Shown here in pieces: positions 8,331 to 33,310 of a stretch of 64,000 nucleotides of DNA (position 1 is the stretch's first letter; the number at the start of each line of letters is the position of its first letter). Origin of the DNA: Thermoanaerobaculia bacterium (GTDB lineage: Bacteria; Acidobacteriota; Thermoanaerobaculia; Multivoradales; UBA5704); assembly GCA_036402955.1 (NCBI GenBank), contig DASWRX010000022.1, forward strand, positions 1,442 through 65,441. The letters are read 5' to 3'. The notes below the pieces were generated by a model that saw nothing but the letters and a program-made list of their open reading frames with translations, searched no databases and had not been told where the DNA came from. The translations under genes were made by a program, and so were the position numbers.

Positions 8331-10223
8331 TTACGCGGGGACCGCCTCCATCGGGGCGTAGCGCCGGAGAATCCGTTCCGGCCGGGTCTCATCCGGAAGG
8401 ACGAGGCTCACCAGCCGCGGCCCGTCCTCGAAAACGAGCTCCAGGGCGCGCAGCCGGTCCAGCCCGGCGTCGAGGTCCAGCGGCGGATCGAAGGCGACCT
8501 TGGCCAGCTCCTGCAGGGTGGTCGGCTCGGCCAGGGCCTCCAGCAGCCGGCGGCCCGCCTCGCCGACGTCGTGGACGACCGTGGACCCGGAGCGGGTGTC
8601 GCGCACCGTCCGGCCGCCGGGCCGCTCGAAGTGGAGCACCGGGGGTCTCCCCTCGACCCAGGCGGCGCGCCAGGTCCCTTGAGCCTTGCGCATCCGGTTG
8701 ATCCAGCGGGCGACGGCCAGGAAGTAGGGGGCCGCCATGTTGCGATCGGCGAAGTAGTAGGCCAGGTTGCGCAGGCTCTCCGGCGGCAGGGGATAGACCT
8801 GTGGGTAGAAGTCGAGCGGCGTCAGGTCCAGCCCATACTGCGCGGCCTGGGTGAAGTAGGGGCTGAAGCGGTCGAAGCGGACGGGGAAGACCCCGGACGG
8901 GGGAGGCAGGTGGACCAGCCGCGGGATCACCTCGACGTAGCGCTTGAAGACCTCCTCACCCTCGCCGGGGAAGCCGACCAGGAGGTTCCACGCGGGGTGG
9001 AGGTCGTGGACCAGGCAGTGCCGGAGGAAGGCGACGTTCCGCACCGAGGTCATCCCCTTGCGCATCAGCTTGAGCGTCGAGGTCGCCAGCGCCTCGATCC
9101 CGGGCTGGACGGAGTGCACCCCGCCGGCCGCGAGCAGCTCGATCTCCTCTTCGGTGAGATCGGCCTTGACCTCGTAGAAGATGGCCGCCCCGGGCGGCGT
9201 CTCGAGCCTGGCGAGCACCTCGCGCGGGTACTCCTTCGGCATGATGTTGTCCACGCAGTTGAACTGCCGGGCCCGCGGGAAGTAGGCGAAGAGGGAGCGG
9301 ATCGCCGCCACCGCCTTCTCCGGCTGCATCCAGCGGAAGCCCATGGTCGAGCCGTTGAGCCCGCAGAAGGTGCAGTGGGCCCGCTCCCCCCACCAGCAGC
9401 CGCGCGAGGTCTCGAACATCAGCGCGGGCTCCAGCCCCGCGCCGGCGAAGGCCCCCTCGAAGGAGCGCAGGAAGGAGTCGTAGTCGAGCGGCACCTCCTC
9501 GTCGATGTCCAGCTCGGCGCCGATCACCGCGGCGCCGGGAGAGCCAGCGCCGTCATAGCGGCCCGAGCGGCGGGTGAAGACGCCGTCGATCCGCTCCGCC
9601 CGCTCGCGGTCCCCGGCCAGGAGGCCGTCGACCAGCTCGGGGAAGGAGAGCAGGGCGGGACCCGAGAAGACATAGTCGATCGCCGCCACCCGGCGGGCGA
9701 TCTCCTCCCCCATGGGGGACTCGCAGTTGGCGCCCCCGATGGCGGTGACCACCCGCGGGTTGCGCTCCTTGAGCCGCCGGGCGAGGGCGAAGGAGGCCAC
9801 GTTCTGGCCGAACATGGAGGTGAACCCCACCAGGTCGGACTGATCGAGCCGGTAGGTCTCGATCACCCCGTCCAGCCAGCGGCTGAGCCCCGGGCGCGCC
9901 GCCAGCAGGCGGTCGAACGCCGCCTGCCGCTCGTCCCGCGCCGGGAAGTAGCGCTGCCGGTACGTGACGGCGTTGTCCGGCGCCTCCGGGAAGGCGAGCT
10001 GGCGGAAGAGCCAGTCCCCCAGCCCCGAGTGCGAGGCCTCGTCGCACGCCTGGAGATAGTCGGCGAGCCCCAGCAGGCGGCAGGCGTCGTGCGAGGCGTA
10101 GCAGATGTCGACCGGGACCCCGGACCCGAACCGGCGGCGGATCATGGTCTGGAGCTGGGTCAGGGCGATCGAGGGGATCTCGATCGAGGAGAAGGGCATG
10201 TTGACGAGAGAGATCCGGAACAT
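8331..10223 (-). CDS. B12-binding-domain radical SAM enzyme of the RiPP-maturation (C-methyltransferase-like) type
   Basis: 630-aa ORF starting MFRISLVNMPFSSIEIPSIALTQL. Rossmann-like cobalamin-domain segment VGFTSMFGQNVASFALARRLKERNPRVVTAIGGANCE. Cys triad with CX7CX2C spacing in SRGCWWGERAHCTFCGLNG. GAGGAG Shine-Dalgarno box 5-6 nt before the ATG. The family assignment is from memory of the CWWG...CxFCGLN signature, not from a search. Confidence 0.8.
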   Translation of the reverse strand: MFRISLVNMPFSSIEIPSIALTQLQTMIRRRFGSGVPVDICYASHDACRLLGLADYLQACDEASHSGLGDWLFRQLAFPEAPDNAVTYRQRYFPARDERQAAFDRLLAARPGLSRWLDGVIETYRLDQSDLVGFTSMFGQNVASFALARRLKERNPRVVTAIGGANCESPMGEEIARRVAAIDYVFSGPALLSFPELVDGLLAGDRERAERIDGVFTRRSGRYDGAGSPGAAVIGAELDIDEEVPLDYDSFLRSFEGAFAGAGLEPALMFETSRGCWWGERAHCTFCGLNGSTMGFRWMQPEKAVAAIRSLFAYFPRARQFNCVDNIMPKEYPREVLARLETPPGAAIFYEVKADLTEEEIELLAAGGVHSVQPGIEALATSTLKLMRKGMTSVRNVAFLRHCLVHDLHPAWNLLVGFPGEGEEVFKRYVEVIPRLVHLPPPSGVFPVRFDRFSPYFTQAAQYGLDLTPLDFYPQVYPLPPESLRNLAYYFADRNMAAPYFLAVARWINRMRKAQGTWRAAWVEGRPPVLHFERPGGRTVRDTRSGSTVVHDVGEAGRRLLEALAEPTTLQELAKVAFDPPLDLDAGLDRLRALELVFEDGPRLVSLVLPDETRPERILRRYAPMEAVPA

Positions 10224-10281
10224 ATCTGGTCTCCTCAGGAGAGACTCATTCTGACATTGAACATTGTAAATAATCTGGCCG

Positions 10282-21449
<11,168 letters not shown>

Positions 21450-21453
<4 letters not shown>

Positions 21454-24400
21454 CCGGCCGTCACGGCCTCCCGCGCGGCCAGCCGCCGCAACTCGGCTAG
21501 GTGCTGGAGACTGTCCATCACCGAGGGGACGTCCACCCCGAAGTCGAGCAGGCAGCCGACCTCGTCCACCCCGATCTCGCGCAGGCGGTGGACCATGGCG
21601 AGGCAGCTCTCGGGCGTCCCCAGCAGCGAGCCGCTCTGGAAGTAGCGCTCGAACTCCATCATCAGCAGCTCCTCCAGATCCTCCTTGGAGAAGCTCTCCT
21701 CGTCGAAGCTCTGGTGGAGGCTGCGGGCGAGCGAGGTGAGCAGCTCGGTGTGCGAGCGCAGGTAGTCGCAGAAGGGGGCGCGCACCGTCTCCTTGACCCG
21801 CGCGAGATCGTCGCCCACGAAGGTGTGGAGCATCACCGCCACCTGTCCCGACTTCGGATCGTGGCCGGCCCTGGCGCGGCTGTCGCGGTAGAGGGCGATC
21901 CGCTGGGCGAGGACCTCGGGGCTGAGCCCGATCAGCGAGGTGAGGACGTTGGCGCCGATCCGCCCCGTATCCTCGAAGGTCTGCGGATTGTTGGCGCAGG
22001 TCACCCAGACCGGCACCTCGGGCTGCACCGGCCTGGGGAAGAGCTCGACCTGGATCTCGTTGCCGGCGCCGCCGCGCACGGTGATCCTCTCCCCCCGCCA
22101 GAGGCGGCGGACGGTCTCGATGCGTTCGAACATCACCTCGCGCCGGTTGGCGTAGACGTCGGGGAAGAAGGCGAAGTCGTTGGGGTGGAACCCGGAGGCG
22201 AAGGCGAGCCCCACCCGCCCGCGCGAGAGGTTGTCGACGATCGACCACTCCTCGGCCACCCGGATCGGGTCGTGGAGGGGAAGCACGACACTGCCGGCGC
22301 GGATGTGGAGGCGCTCGGTGACCATGGCGAGGCCGGCGCTCAGCACCGAGGGGTTGGGGTAGAGGCCGCCGAAGCTGTGGAAGTGGCGCTCCGGGGTCCA
22401 GATGGCGGTGAAGCCGTTGCGGTCGGCGAACTTCGCCCCCTCGACGATGAGCTGGTATTTGTACTCCGGGAACATCGCCTCGTTGCCGGAGAAGAAGAAC
22501 AGGCTGAAGCGCAGGCCGCTCTCCTTCCCGCCGCCCGGACGGACGGCCGCCGGCGCGGGCGCGGCCGGAACGACCGGAACGGTGGGCGGCGTGGCGGCGG
22601 GGACCGCCGCCCGCACCTCCTCCAGGATGCGGGCGCGGGCGGTGAGCGCCTCGAGCCCCGGCTGGCGCTCGGCCACGATGCGGGCGAGGCCGCCGACCGT
22701 CGGGCTCTCGAAGAAGGAGCGCACCGAGAGCTTGACGCCGAACACCGACTGGATGCGCGAGATGGCCTGGAGGGCGATCAGCGAGTTGCCGTTGAGGCGG
22801 AAGAAGTTGTCCTCCACCCCCACGCGCTCGATCCCCAGCAGGGTCTGCCAGAGGTCGGCCAGGATCTCCTCGACCTCGTTGCGCGGGGCCACGTAGCCGC
22901 CCGGCGCGGCCTTCGAGTCGTAGCGGCTGTCGACGTAGGAGAGGGCTGGAGCGGCGATCGGCGGCGCGGCCTCGGCGGCCAGCGCCAGCGGCGCCGCGGT
23001 CTCGGCGCGCGGGGCCACGGCGGGGCCCGCGGTTCCCGCCAGCTTCTCGAAGTCGATCCAGTGGCGCTGCCGCTGGAAGGGATAGGTGGGGAGCGGCACG
23101 CGCCGGCGCCGACGGCCGTTGTGGAAGGCGCTCCAGTCCACCTCCACCCCCGCCACCCAGAGGCCGCCGAGGGCCTGTAGCAGGGTGTCGAAGGGATCGC
23201 GCGGGTCCTTGGGGTGGGGGAGGCACGGGAGGCACGGCAGCACCACCTGGCCGGCTGTGCGCGCCGCGCGCGCCGGATGCTGCCGCGCCGCGCCGGAGAG
23301 CGCCTGCGCCGGTCCGACCTCCAGGAGCGCCGCCCCGGGCCGGGCGAGCAGGGCGCCGATCCCTTCGGCCAGCCGCACTGTGCGGCGGAGCTGGCGGCTC
23401 CAGTAGCCGGGATCGGTGGCCTCGGCGGGGGTGATCCAGCCGCCGGTGACGTTGGAGACGAAGGGGATGCGCGGCGGTGAGAGCCTCACCTTCCGCACCT
23501 CCTCCCGGAACGGCTCCATGACGGGATCCATCATCGGTGAATGGAAGGCGTGGGAGGTGTGGAGCGTGCGGCTCTCGACCTCGCGCCCGGCGAGGAGGGC
23601 CGTCAGCCGCTCGATCTCGTCCGGCGGGCCGGCGACCACGCACATCTCGGGCCCGTGGACCGTCGAGAGGGCGAGGTTGCCGCCGAGCAGCGGCGCGACC
23701 TCCGCCTCGGAGAGGGGGATCGCCAGCATGTCTCCCTTGGGGCACGCGCCCATCAGCCGGCCGCGGGCCGCCACCAGCCGCGCCGCGTCTTCCAGCGAGA
23801 AGACCCCGGCCACGCAGGCCGCCACCAGCTCGCCCAGGCTGTGGCCCAGCAGGGCCTTCGGCTGCACCCCCCAGCTCATCCAGAGCCGCGCCAGCGCCCA
23901 CTCGACGGCGAACAGGGCCGGCTGGGCGACCTCGGTCCGCTCCAGCCGGGCGGCGAGATCCGCCGGGTCCAGACCGCCCGCGAGAGCGGGGTCCACGAAG
24001 GTCCGCACGTCGATCCCGGCGTGCTCCTGGAACAGCGCGGCGCAGCGGTCGAGCTCGGCGCGGAAGGTCTCCTCGCCCCGGTAGAGCTCCCGCGCCATGC
24101 CGGGGTGCTGCGCGCCCTGGCCGGGGAAGAGGAAGCAGACCGTGCGGTTGCCGCCGTCGTGGACGCCGGTGGTCACCCGGGGGGCGTCGAGAGCCGTGAG
24201 GGCCGCCCGCGCGTCCTCCGTCCCGCACGCCGTGACGGCCCGCCGGTGCTCGAAGGGCCGGCGGCCCACCTGCAGAGTGAACGCGACGTCGGCGAGGTCG
24301 GTGCCCGGGCGCTCGGCGAGGAAGCCCGCGAGGTCGCGGGTGGCGGCGTCGAGCGCAGAGGCGTCGCGGGCGGAGAGGACCAGGAGCTGCCAGGGCCGGT

Positions 24401-25745
24401 CCGGATCGGTGGGCGCGGGCACGGGCGCCTCCTCCAGCACCACGTGGGCGTTGGTGCCGCCGAAGCCGAACGAGCTGACGCCGGCCCGCCGCGGCCCCTC
24501 CGGCCAGGGGGCGAGGTCGGGGTTGACGAAGAACGGGCTGGCCGCGAAGTCGATCTGCGGATTGGGCCGCTCGAAGTGGAGGCTCGGCGGGATCTCCCCG
24601 CGCTCGACCGCCAGCGCCGCCTTGATCAGCCCGGCGATCCCCGCCGCCACCTCCAGGTGGCCGAGATTCGTCTTCACCGAGCCGACGGCGCAGAACCCCC
24701 GGCGCGAGGAGGTGCGGCGGAAGGCCTTGGTGAGCGCCGCGATCTCCACCGGATCGCCGAGGGCGGTCGCGGTGCCGTGGGCCTCGACGTAGCCGATCGA
24801 GTCGGCGTCCACGCCGGCGTTGGCGAGCGCCTCGGAGATCACCTCCGCCTGGCCGGCCACGCTGGGGGCGGTGAAGCCGGCCTTGGTGGCGCCGTCGTTG
24901 TTGACCGCCGAGCCCTTGAGCACGGCGTGGATCGTGTCGCCGCCGGCGAGCGCGTCCTCCAGCCGCTTGAGCACCACGACGCCGGCGCCGCAGCCGAAGA
25001 CGGTGCCGGCGGCGCGGGCGTCGAAGGCCCGGCAGTGCCCGTCGGGCGAGAGGACCCCCCCCTCCTGGTAGACGTAGCCGCTCTTCATCGGCACCGTCAG
25101 CGACACGGCGCCGGCGAGCGCCATGTCGGTCTCCCCCGCGATCAGCCCCTGGGCCGCCATGTGGACGGCGACCAGCGAGGTGGAGCAGGCGGTCTGCACG
25201 GTGACGGCGGGGCCGCGCAGGTCGAGCTTGTAGGCGACGCGCGGCGCCAGCGAGTCCTTGTCGTTGCCCACCGCCAGCATCGTGGTGTCGACGCCGATCG
25301 CCTGCAGCCGGTCGCGCAACGGATCGAGCGCCAGCAGGTAGCTCGACAGGGTGACGCCGCCATAGACGCCGATCACCCCGGGGGACCGTGACGGGTCGTA
25401 GCCGGCCCGCTCCAGCGCCTCCCACGCGCACTCGAGGAAGAGGCGCTGCTGGGGGTCCATCACCTCCGCCTCGCGGGGGGAGTAGCCGAAGAAGCCGGCG
25501 TCGAAGAGCTCGATCCCCTCCAGCGCGGCGTGGGCGGGGACGTAGCCGGGAGCCTCGTAGACCGCCGGCGGGATGCCCGCCGCCCGCAGCTCCTCGGCGG
25601 AGAAGAAGGAGACCGATTCGACCCCGTTGCGCAGGTTGCGCCAGAATCGCTCGGGGTCCGCCGCGCCGGGGAAGCGACAGGCGAGGCCCACGATGGCGAC
25701 GTCGGTCGGGGATCCAGTGGAGGAGGGGGTCTCGTCGCGGCTCAT
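21450..25745 (-). CDS. Type I polyketide synthase module KS-AT-carrier protein fused to a C-terminal luciferase-like (FMN-dependent) monooxygenase domain
   Basis: Real part of track ORF 21450..26573, from Met277 (MSRDETPSS...). The ATG at 25745 overlaps the upstream TGA (ATGA). KS motifs TACSTSLVA, EAHGTAT, NLGH. AT motifs GHSLGE and HAFHS. Carrier motif FFRLNGNSLIAL. LLM domain begins GLRFSLFFFSGNEAMFPEYKYQLIVEGAKFADRNGFTAIWTPERHF... and is contiguous to the stop. Confidence 0.9.
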
Positions 25746-28700
25746 GGGCGCGTCCTCTTGAGGCTGGTCCGGCGGTCCCTCCGGAGCTCGCCCCGGCTCG
25801 ACCGCGCTTCGAACGGATCGGCCCGCTCCCCGCCGGTGTCCTCCGCCACGAAGCGGGCGATGGCATCCACCGTGGGGTGCTCGTACAGACTGAAGGTGCG
25901 TCCGTCCAGGTCGAAACGTGCCTGGACTGCGTGGACCACCTGGAGGCCGACCAGTGAGTCCCCCCCGAGCTCCAGAAAGTTGTCGAGGGCGCCGATCCGC
26001 TCGATGCCGAGGGCCCGGCTCCAGATCTCGGCGACCGCCCGCTCGGTCTCGTCCCGGGGAGCGACATAGGGATTGCGGAGGAGGGGCCGGTCGTGGATCG
26101 CCTGGAGCGCGGCCGGGGAGGGGAGAGCGGGAAGCCGTTCCTCGACGCTCTCCGGAGCCTCCGGATGGTCTCCCCCGGACCGCCGCGCCGCCGTCACTCC
26201 TTTCGCGAGGAGGAGGTCGGCTGCCGGGCCGATCCCGTCCTCGCTCTCCCACAGCAGGGCCAGGATGCCGGTCCGGCGCTCCGCCAGGGCCGCGAGATAG
26301 CGGAAGGTGGGGGGATCGGCCGTATGGAGGACGGCAGAGAGGGGGGTCCGCTCCGGCTCGCGGAGCGTCCGTGCCTCGGCGAGGTCGCGGACGAAGAGGA
26401 CCTTCGTTCCTTCCACCCGCTCCGCGGGCCGGCGGGCCACGAGCAGGGCGGAGTCCCCAGCTCCCGAGCAGGCCTGAGGCTCGGCGAAGCCGCAGCGGGC
26501 GAGCAGCCCCTCCCAGGCCTCGGGACCGAGCAGCGGCGAACCCCGCCGCAGCTCCCCGTCCTCGAAGCTCCACCAGCCGTCGGTCAATCCCCAGACCAGG
26601 GTCCCCCAGCGCTGGGGATGGACGGTCTCGACCAGGCCCAGCAGGCCGCCGGGGGCGAGCAGCGAGCGCAGGTTCGCCAGGGTCTCCGCCAGGCGCGGCG
26701 TGGCATGGACCACGTCGGCCCCGATCACGGCGTCGAAGGTTCCCGGCGCGAACCCCTGCGACGCCGGATCGCGGGTGACGTCCAGCATCCCGAAACGGAG
26801 GAAGCCCTGGCCGGCCTCCCGCGCCCGCCGCTCGGCGCGCAGCACGAAGGCGCGGCCGACGTCCGTGAAGTGGTACTCGACCTCCCGTCCATTGAGGGCG
26901 GGGAGCAGCTCCGCCGTCAGCGTCCCCTGGCCGGCGCCGATCTCCAGGATTCTATAGGGCGGGTCATTCGACGGCCGCTCCCGGACCGCGGCGGCCAGCA
27001 CCTCGCGCAGCAGGCGGGCGGCGGCGTTCGGCCCCTCTCCCTGCCGGGAGAACAGCTCGGAGCTCCCGTCGGGATAGAGCACCGCGAGCCCCGGCACCTC
27101 GCCGGAGAGGGCCGCGGGGTAGTGATGGCCGCAGTGGTCGATCAGGTCATAGAGCGGGCCGAAGCCGGGGAAGCGCGTCTCCAGGGCCCGGCGGGTCTCG
27201 GCGGGGAACGGAGCCGCGGCCATGGCGGGGAGGAACCGGACGGCGTCCCCGTCCACCTCGGCCAAGCCGTCCTCTCGCAGTACGCCAAGAAGGAAGTCCA
27301 GGAGGCGCTCGTACTTCGGGAGCAGCCGGAGGCGGCGGCGCAGCTCGGGAAGGGGGATGGCGGGCCCTTGCGGGAGGCCGTCCCGAAAATACTCGACGGC
27401 GTGGCTCGTCACCAGCGGATCGGTCGCCTCGGCCATCTGCGAGGCGGGCTCCGCGGAAGATTCCGCCGCGATCTCCCGGGCCATCCGCCCGATCTCGGCG
27501 GCGTCCGGCCCGGTCTCCTGGCGGCCGGGCGCGGGGGCCACGTTTTCCCAGGTCTCGCGCCAGCGCTTGCCGCCGCGGTGGGCGATCACCGTTCCGGCCT
27601 CGAAGGGGGCGGCGATCTCGGCCAGGACGCGGGCGGTCCACCGGCGCGCCTCCGGGCCCTCCAGAACTGGGGGCGGCTCCACGTCCAACCCGCGCCCGGG
27701 GATGCCCAGGGCCGCGCAGACTCCCAGCAGAGCCGCGCGCTCGGGGTCGGCGTCCGCTCCCGAGGTGATCACGTCCACCTTCACCGCAAGAGGTCTGCCG
27801 CGGAGGGCCGCGGCGAGCGCGTCGAGACCCCGCGCCGCCGCATGGACGATCCGCAGCGGCCGGCCCTCCTCCATGCCCTCCAGGACCGCGGCCAGCAGCG
27901 CCGCGAAATCCTCCGCCCGCCCGGGATCGACGGTGAAGGCGCCGGCCGACAGCCGCGAGAACCCCGCGCCGGGGACCGCGACGACCGGCTCCAGCCGTTC
28001 CGCCTGGAGGCCCTGGACGATCAGGGAGCCCATCCCTCCCTCCTCGATGACGGCCAGCCAGACCGCGCCCTCCCCCCGCAGGTCGTCTTGCGAGGAGACC
28101 GGGAGCGTCTGCCGCCAGAGCGGCGTCTGGAGGACAGGGCCGGTCGTCCCGGCCGTTTCCGGCTGGGATTGAATCCAGTAACGCCGCCGCTCGAAGGGAT
28201 AGGTCGGGAGAGAGACCTTCCGCCCCGGCGTGCCCACCGCGCTCCAGTCCACCTCCACACCCGCCAGCCAGAGCCGGCCCAGGGCTTCGAGCAGGCTCTC
28301 CCGCGCGGCGGTGGGCGCTGCCGGATGGGGGAGTGAGGGGACCGCCTCCCCCCCGTGCCGGCGGACCAGCGAGGCGAGCGTCCGCCCCGGACCCACCTCC
28401 AGCAGCACCCGCCGCCGGTCGGCCAGCAGCTCGGCCACGGCGGGCGAGAAGCGCACGGTCCGCCGCAGCGATTTTCCCCAGGTGGCGGGGTCCATCGCCT
28501 GCTCGATGGTGATCCAGCCGCCGGTGAGGTTCGACAGCCAGGGGATCTCCGGCGCGCCGGGCCGGGTCCGCCGCACCGCGTCCACGAAGGCGTCCAGGAT
28601 CGGCTCCAGGCTGCGCGAGTGGAACGCCCGGCGCACCGGCAGCGGGCGCGCGTCGATCCCCCGCGCCGCCAGCCTCTCTCGGAGCCGCCCGACCGCCTCG

Positions 28701-30765
28701 GGAGAGCCCGCGACGACGCAGCGGTCCGGAGCGTTGACCGCCGCGAGCTCGACCTCGCCATCCAGGTCCTCCAGCCACGGCCCGAGGTCCGCCTCGGCCA
28801 AGGGAACGGCGAGCATGGCCCCCTCGGCGGCCGACTGCATGAGCTGGCCGCGCCGGACCACCAGCCGCAGGGCGTCCGGGAGCGAAAAGACCCCGGCGAT
28901 GCAGGCCGCCACGTACTCGCCCAGGCTGTGGCCGAGCACGGCGGCCGGCTTCACCCCCCACGACATCCAGAGCCGCGCCAGGGCGTACTCGACCGCGAAC
29001 AGCGCCGGCTGGACCTCCGCGGTCTCGGTGAAGTCACCGGTGGCGAGGAGCCGCCGCAGATCGATCCCGAGCGGCGCCAGCGCCGCGCCGCAGGAATCGA
29101 GCGCCGCGCGGAAGGCCGGCTCCCGCTCGTAGAGGCCGGCGGCCATGCCCGCGTGCTGCGCTCCCTGCCCCGGGAAGAGGAAGACGACCGGGCGCTCCCC
29201 AGCCGGCGGCGTCCCGCTGAGCGCCTCCCCGCCGGCGAGCTTCCGTGCGGCCTCGGCGGCGCTCCCGGCCACCGCGAAGCGGCGGACCGCCATGGGCTGG
29301 CGGCCGAGGCGCAGCGTGCGGGCCACGGCGGCCAGCCGCAGTTCGGGACTCCGTTCCAGATGCCGGGCGAGGCGCGCCGTGGCGGCCTCCAGGGCGGTGG
29401 CCGTGCGCGCGGAGACGAGCAGCAGCTCCGGGCCGTCCTCTTCGTCCTCCTCGTCCCTCCGGGGGGGCGCCTCCTCCAGCACCACGTGGGCGTTGGTGCC
29501 GCCGATGCCGAAGGAGCTGACCCCCGCCCTGCGCGGCGCCGCCGACTCCCAGGGCTCCAGGCGCGAGCTCACCCGGAACGGACCGGCGTCGAGATCGATC
29601 TCCGGGTTGGGCCGCTCGAAGTGCAGGGTGGGAGGGATCTCCCGGTGCTCCAGCGCCAGCACGGTCTTGATCAGGCCGGTCACGCCGGCCGCCGCGTCCA
29701 GGTGGCCAAGGTTCGACTTGACCGAGCCGAGGACGCACGAGCCCTGGGGGGCGCCGCGGAAGGCCCGCTCCAGGGCGCGGACCTCGATCGGATCCCCCAT
29801 CGGCGTCGCGGTGCCGTGCGCCTCGACATAGCCGATCTCCCCCGGCTCCACGCCGGCGATGGCGAGGGCCAGCGCCACCACCTCGGCCTGCCCCGCCACG
29901 CCGGGCGCCGTGTAGCCCACCTTGCCGGCGCCGTCGTTGTTGAGGGCGGTGCCGCGGATCACGGCGCGGATCGGGTCCCCCGCCGCCAGTGCGTCTTCCA
30001 GACGCTTGAGCGCCACGACCCCCACGCCGTTACCGGGGACGGTGCCGCGCGCCCGGGCGTCGAACGGGCGGCAGTGGCCGTCGGGGGAGAGAATCCCCTG
30101 CTCCTGGTGGAGATAGCCCGTCCGCTGCGGCTCCCGCACCGAGACGCCGCCCGCCAGCGCGAGGTCGCACTGGTAGTTGAGGAGGCTCTGGCAGGCGAGC
30201 GCCACCGCCACCAGCGAGGTGGAGCAGGCGGTCTGCACGTCGAGGCTGGGGCCGGTGAGGTTCAGCTTGTAGGAGACCCGGGTGGTCAGGAAGTCCTTGT
30301 CGCTGGCGATGGCGACCTGCGGGTCGGCGATCGCCTCGCCGGCCGGCAGCAGGTTGTGCAGCAGGTAGGTGTTGAGGCTGGCGCCGCCGAAGACGCCGAT
30401 CGCGCCCGGTGAATCGCCGGACATCCGGCCGGGATCGCACCCGGCGTCCTCCAGGGCCTCCCAGGCGCACTCCAGGAACAGCCGGTGCTGGGGATCGAGC
30501 CGCTCCGCCTCTCGCGGGGTGACCTGGAAGAAGGGAGCGTCGAAGCGGTCGGCGCCCTCCAGCGCTCCCCCGGCCGGCACCCAGCGGGGATCGGCGAGCA
30601 GAGCGGGATCGGCCCCCGCCGCCAGCATCTCGTCCCGGGTGAAGCGGGAGATCGACTCGACGCCCCGCCGCAAGTTGTCCCACAGCTCGTCGGGATCGCG
30701 CGCGCCGGGCCAGCGTCCCGCCAGGCCGACGACCGCAATACCAGAGGTAATCCCAGGCTCGTCGC

Positions 30766-30769
<4 letters not shown>
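25742..30769 (-). CDS. Type I polyketide synthase module KS-AT-(unassigned ~330 aa)-methyltransferase-ACP
   Basis: 1675-aa ORF. KS motifs TACSTSLVAV, EAHGTATPMGDP, NLGHLDAAAG. AT motifs GHSLGE and RAFHS. SAM-MT motif I YRILEIGAGQGTLT. Carrier motif FLELGGDSLVGL. No NADPH-binding KR, DH or ER signature seen. The ATG at 30769 overlaps the permease stop. Confidence 0.9.
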
Positions 30770-33186
<2,417 letters not shown>

Positions 33187-33310
33187 CCGTCCTCTCCCCT
33201 CCGGCCGGTGGCTCCTGAAGGGTCTCTCAGAATACACCAATGTCTATAAGCCATTGCCTGGAGCGCGCCGGGGGGGTGGGCTGAGGGGAGGGTCGGCGCC
33301 GCTGTGGATC

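Noticed and set aside
21454-26067. N-terminal 1538 residues of track ORF 10282..26067 (listed as 5261 aa)
   Set aside because: This part is an off-frame read-through across the KS-AT-CP-LLM gene and translates to RGPA-rich nonsense. Real NRPS sequence begins only at about 21453, where an A domain starts.
25746-26573. N-terminal 276-residue extension of track ORF 21450..26573
   Set aside because: It is off-frame relative to the PKS1 C-terminus that occupies this DNA. A clean start (MSRDETPSS..., ATGA overlap) exists at 25745.
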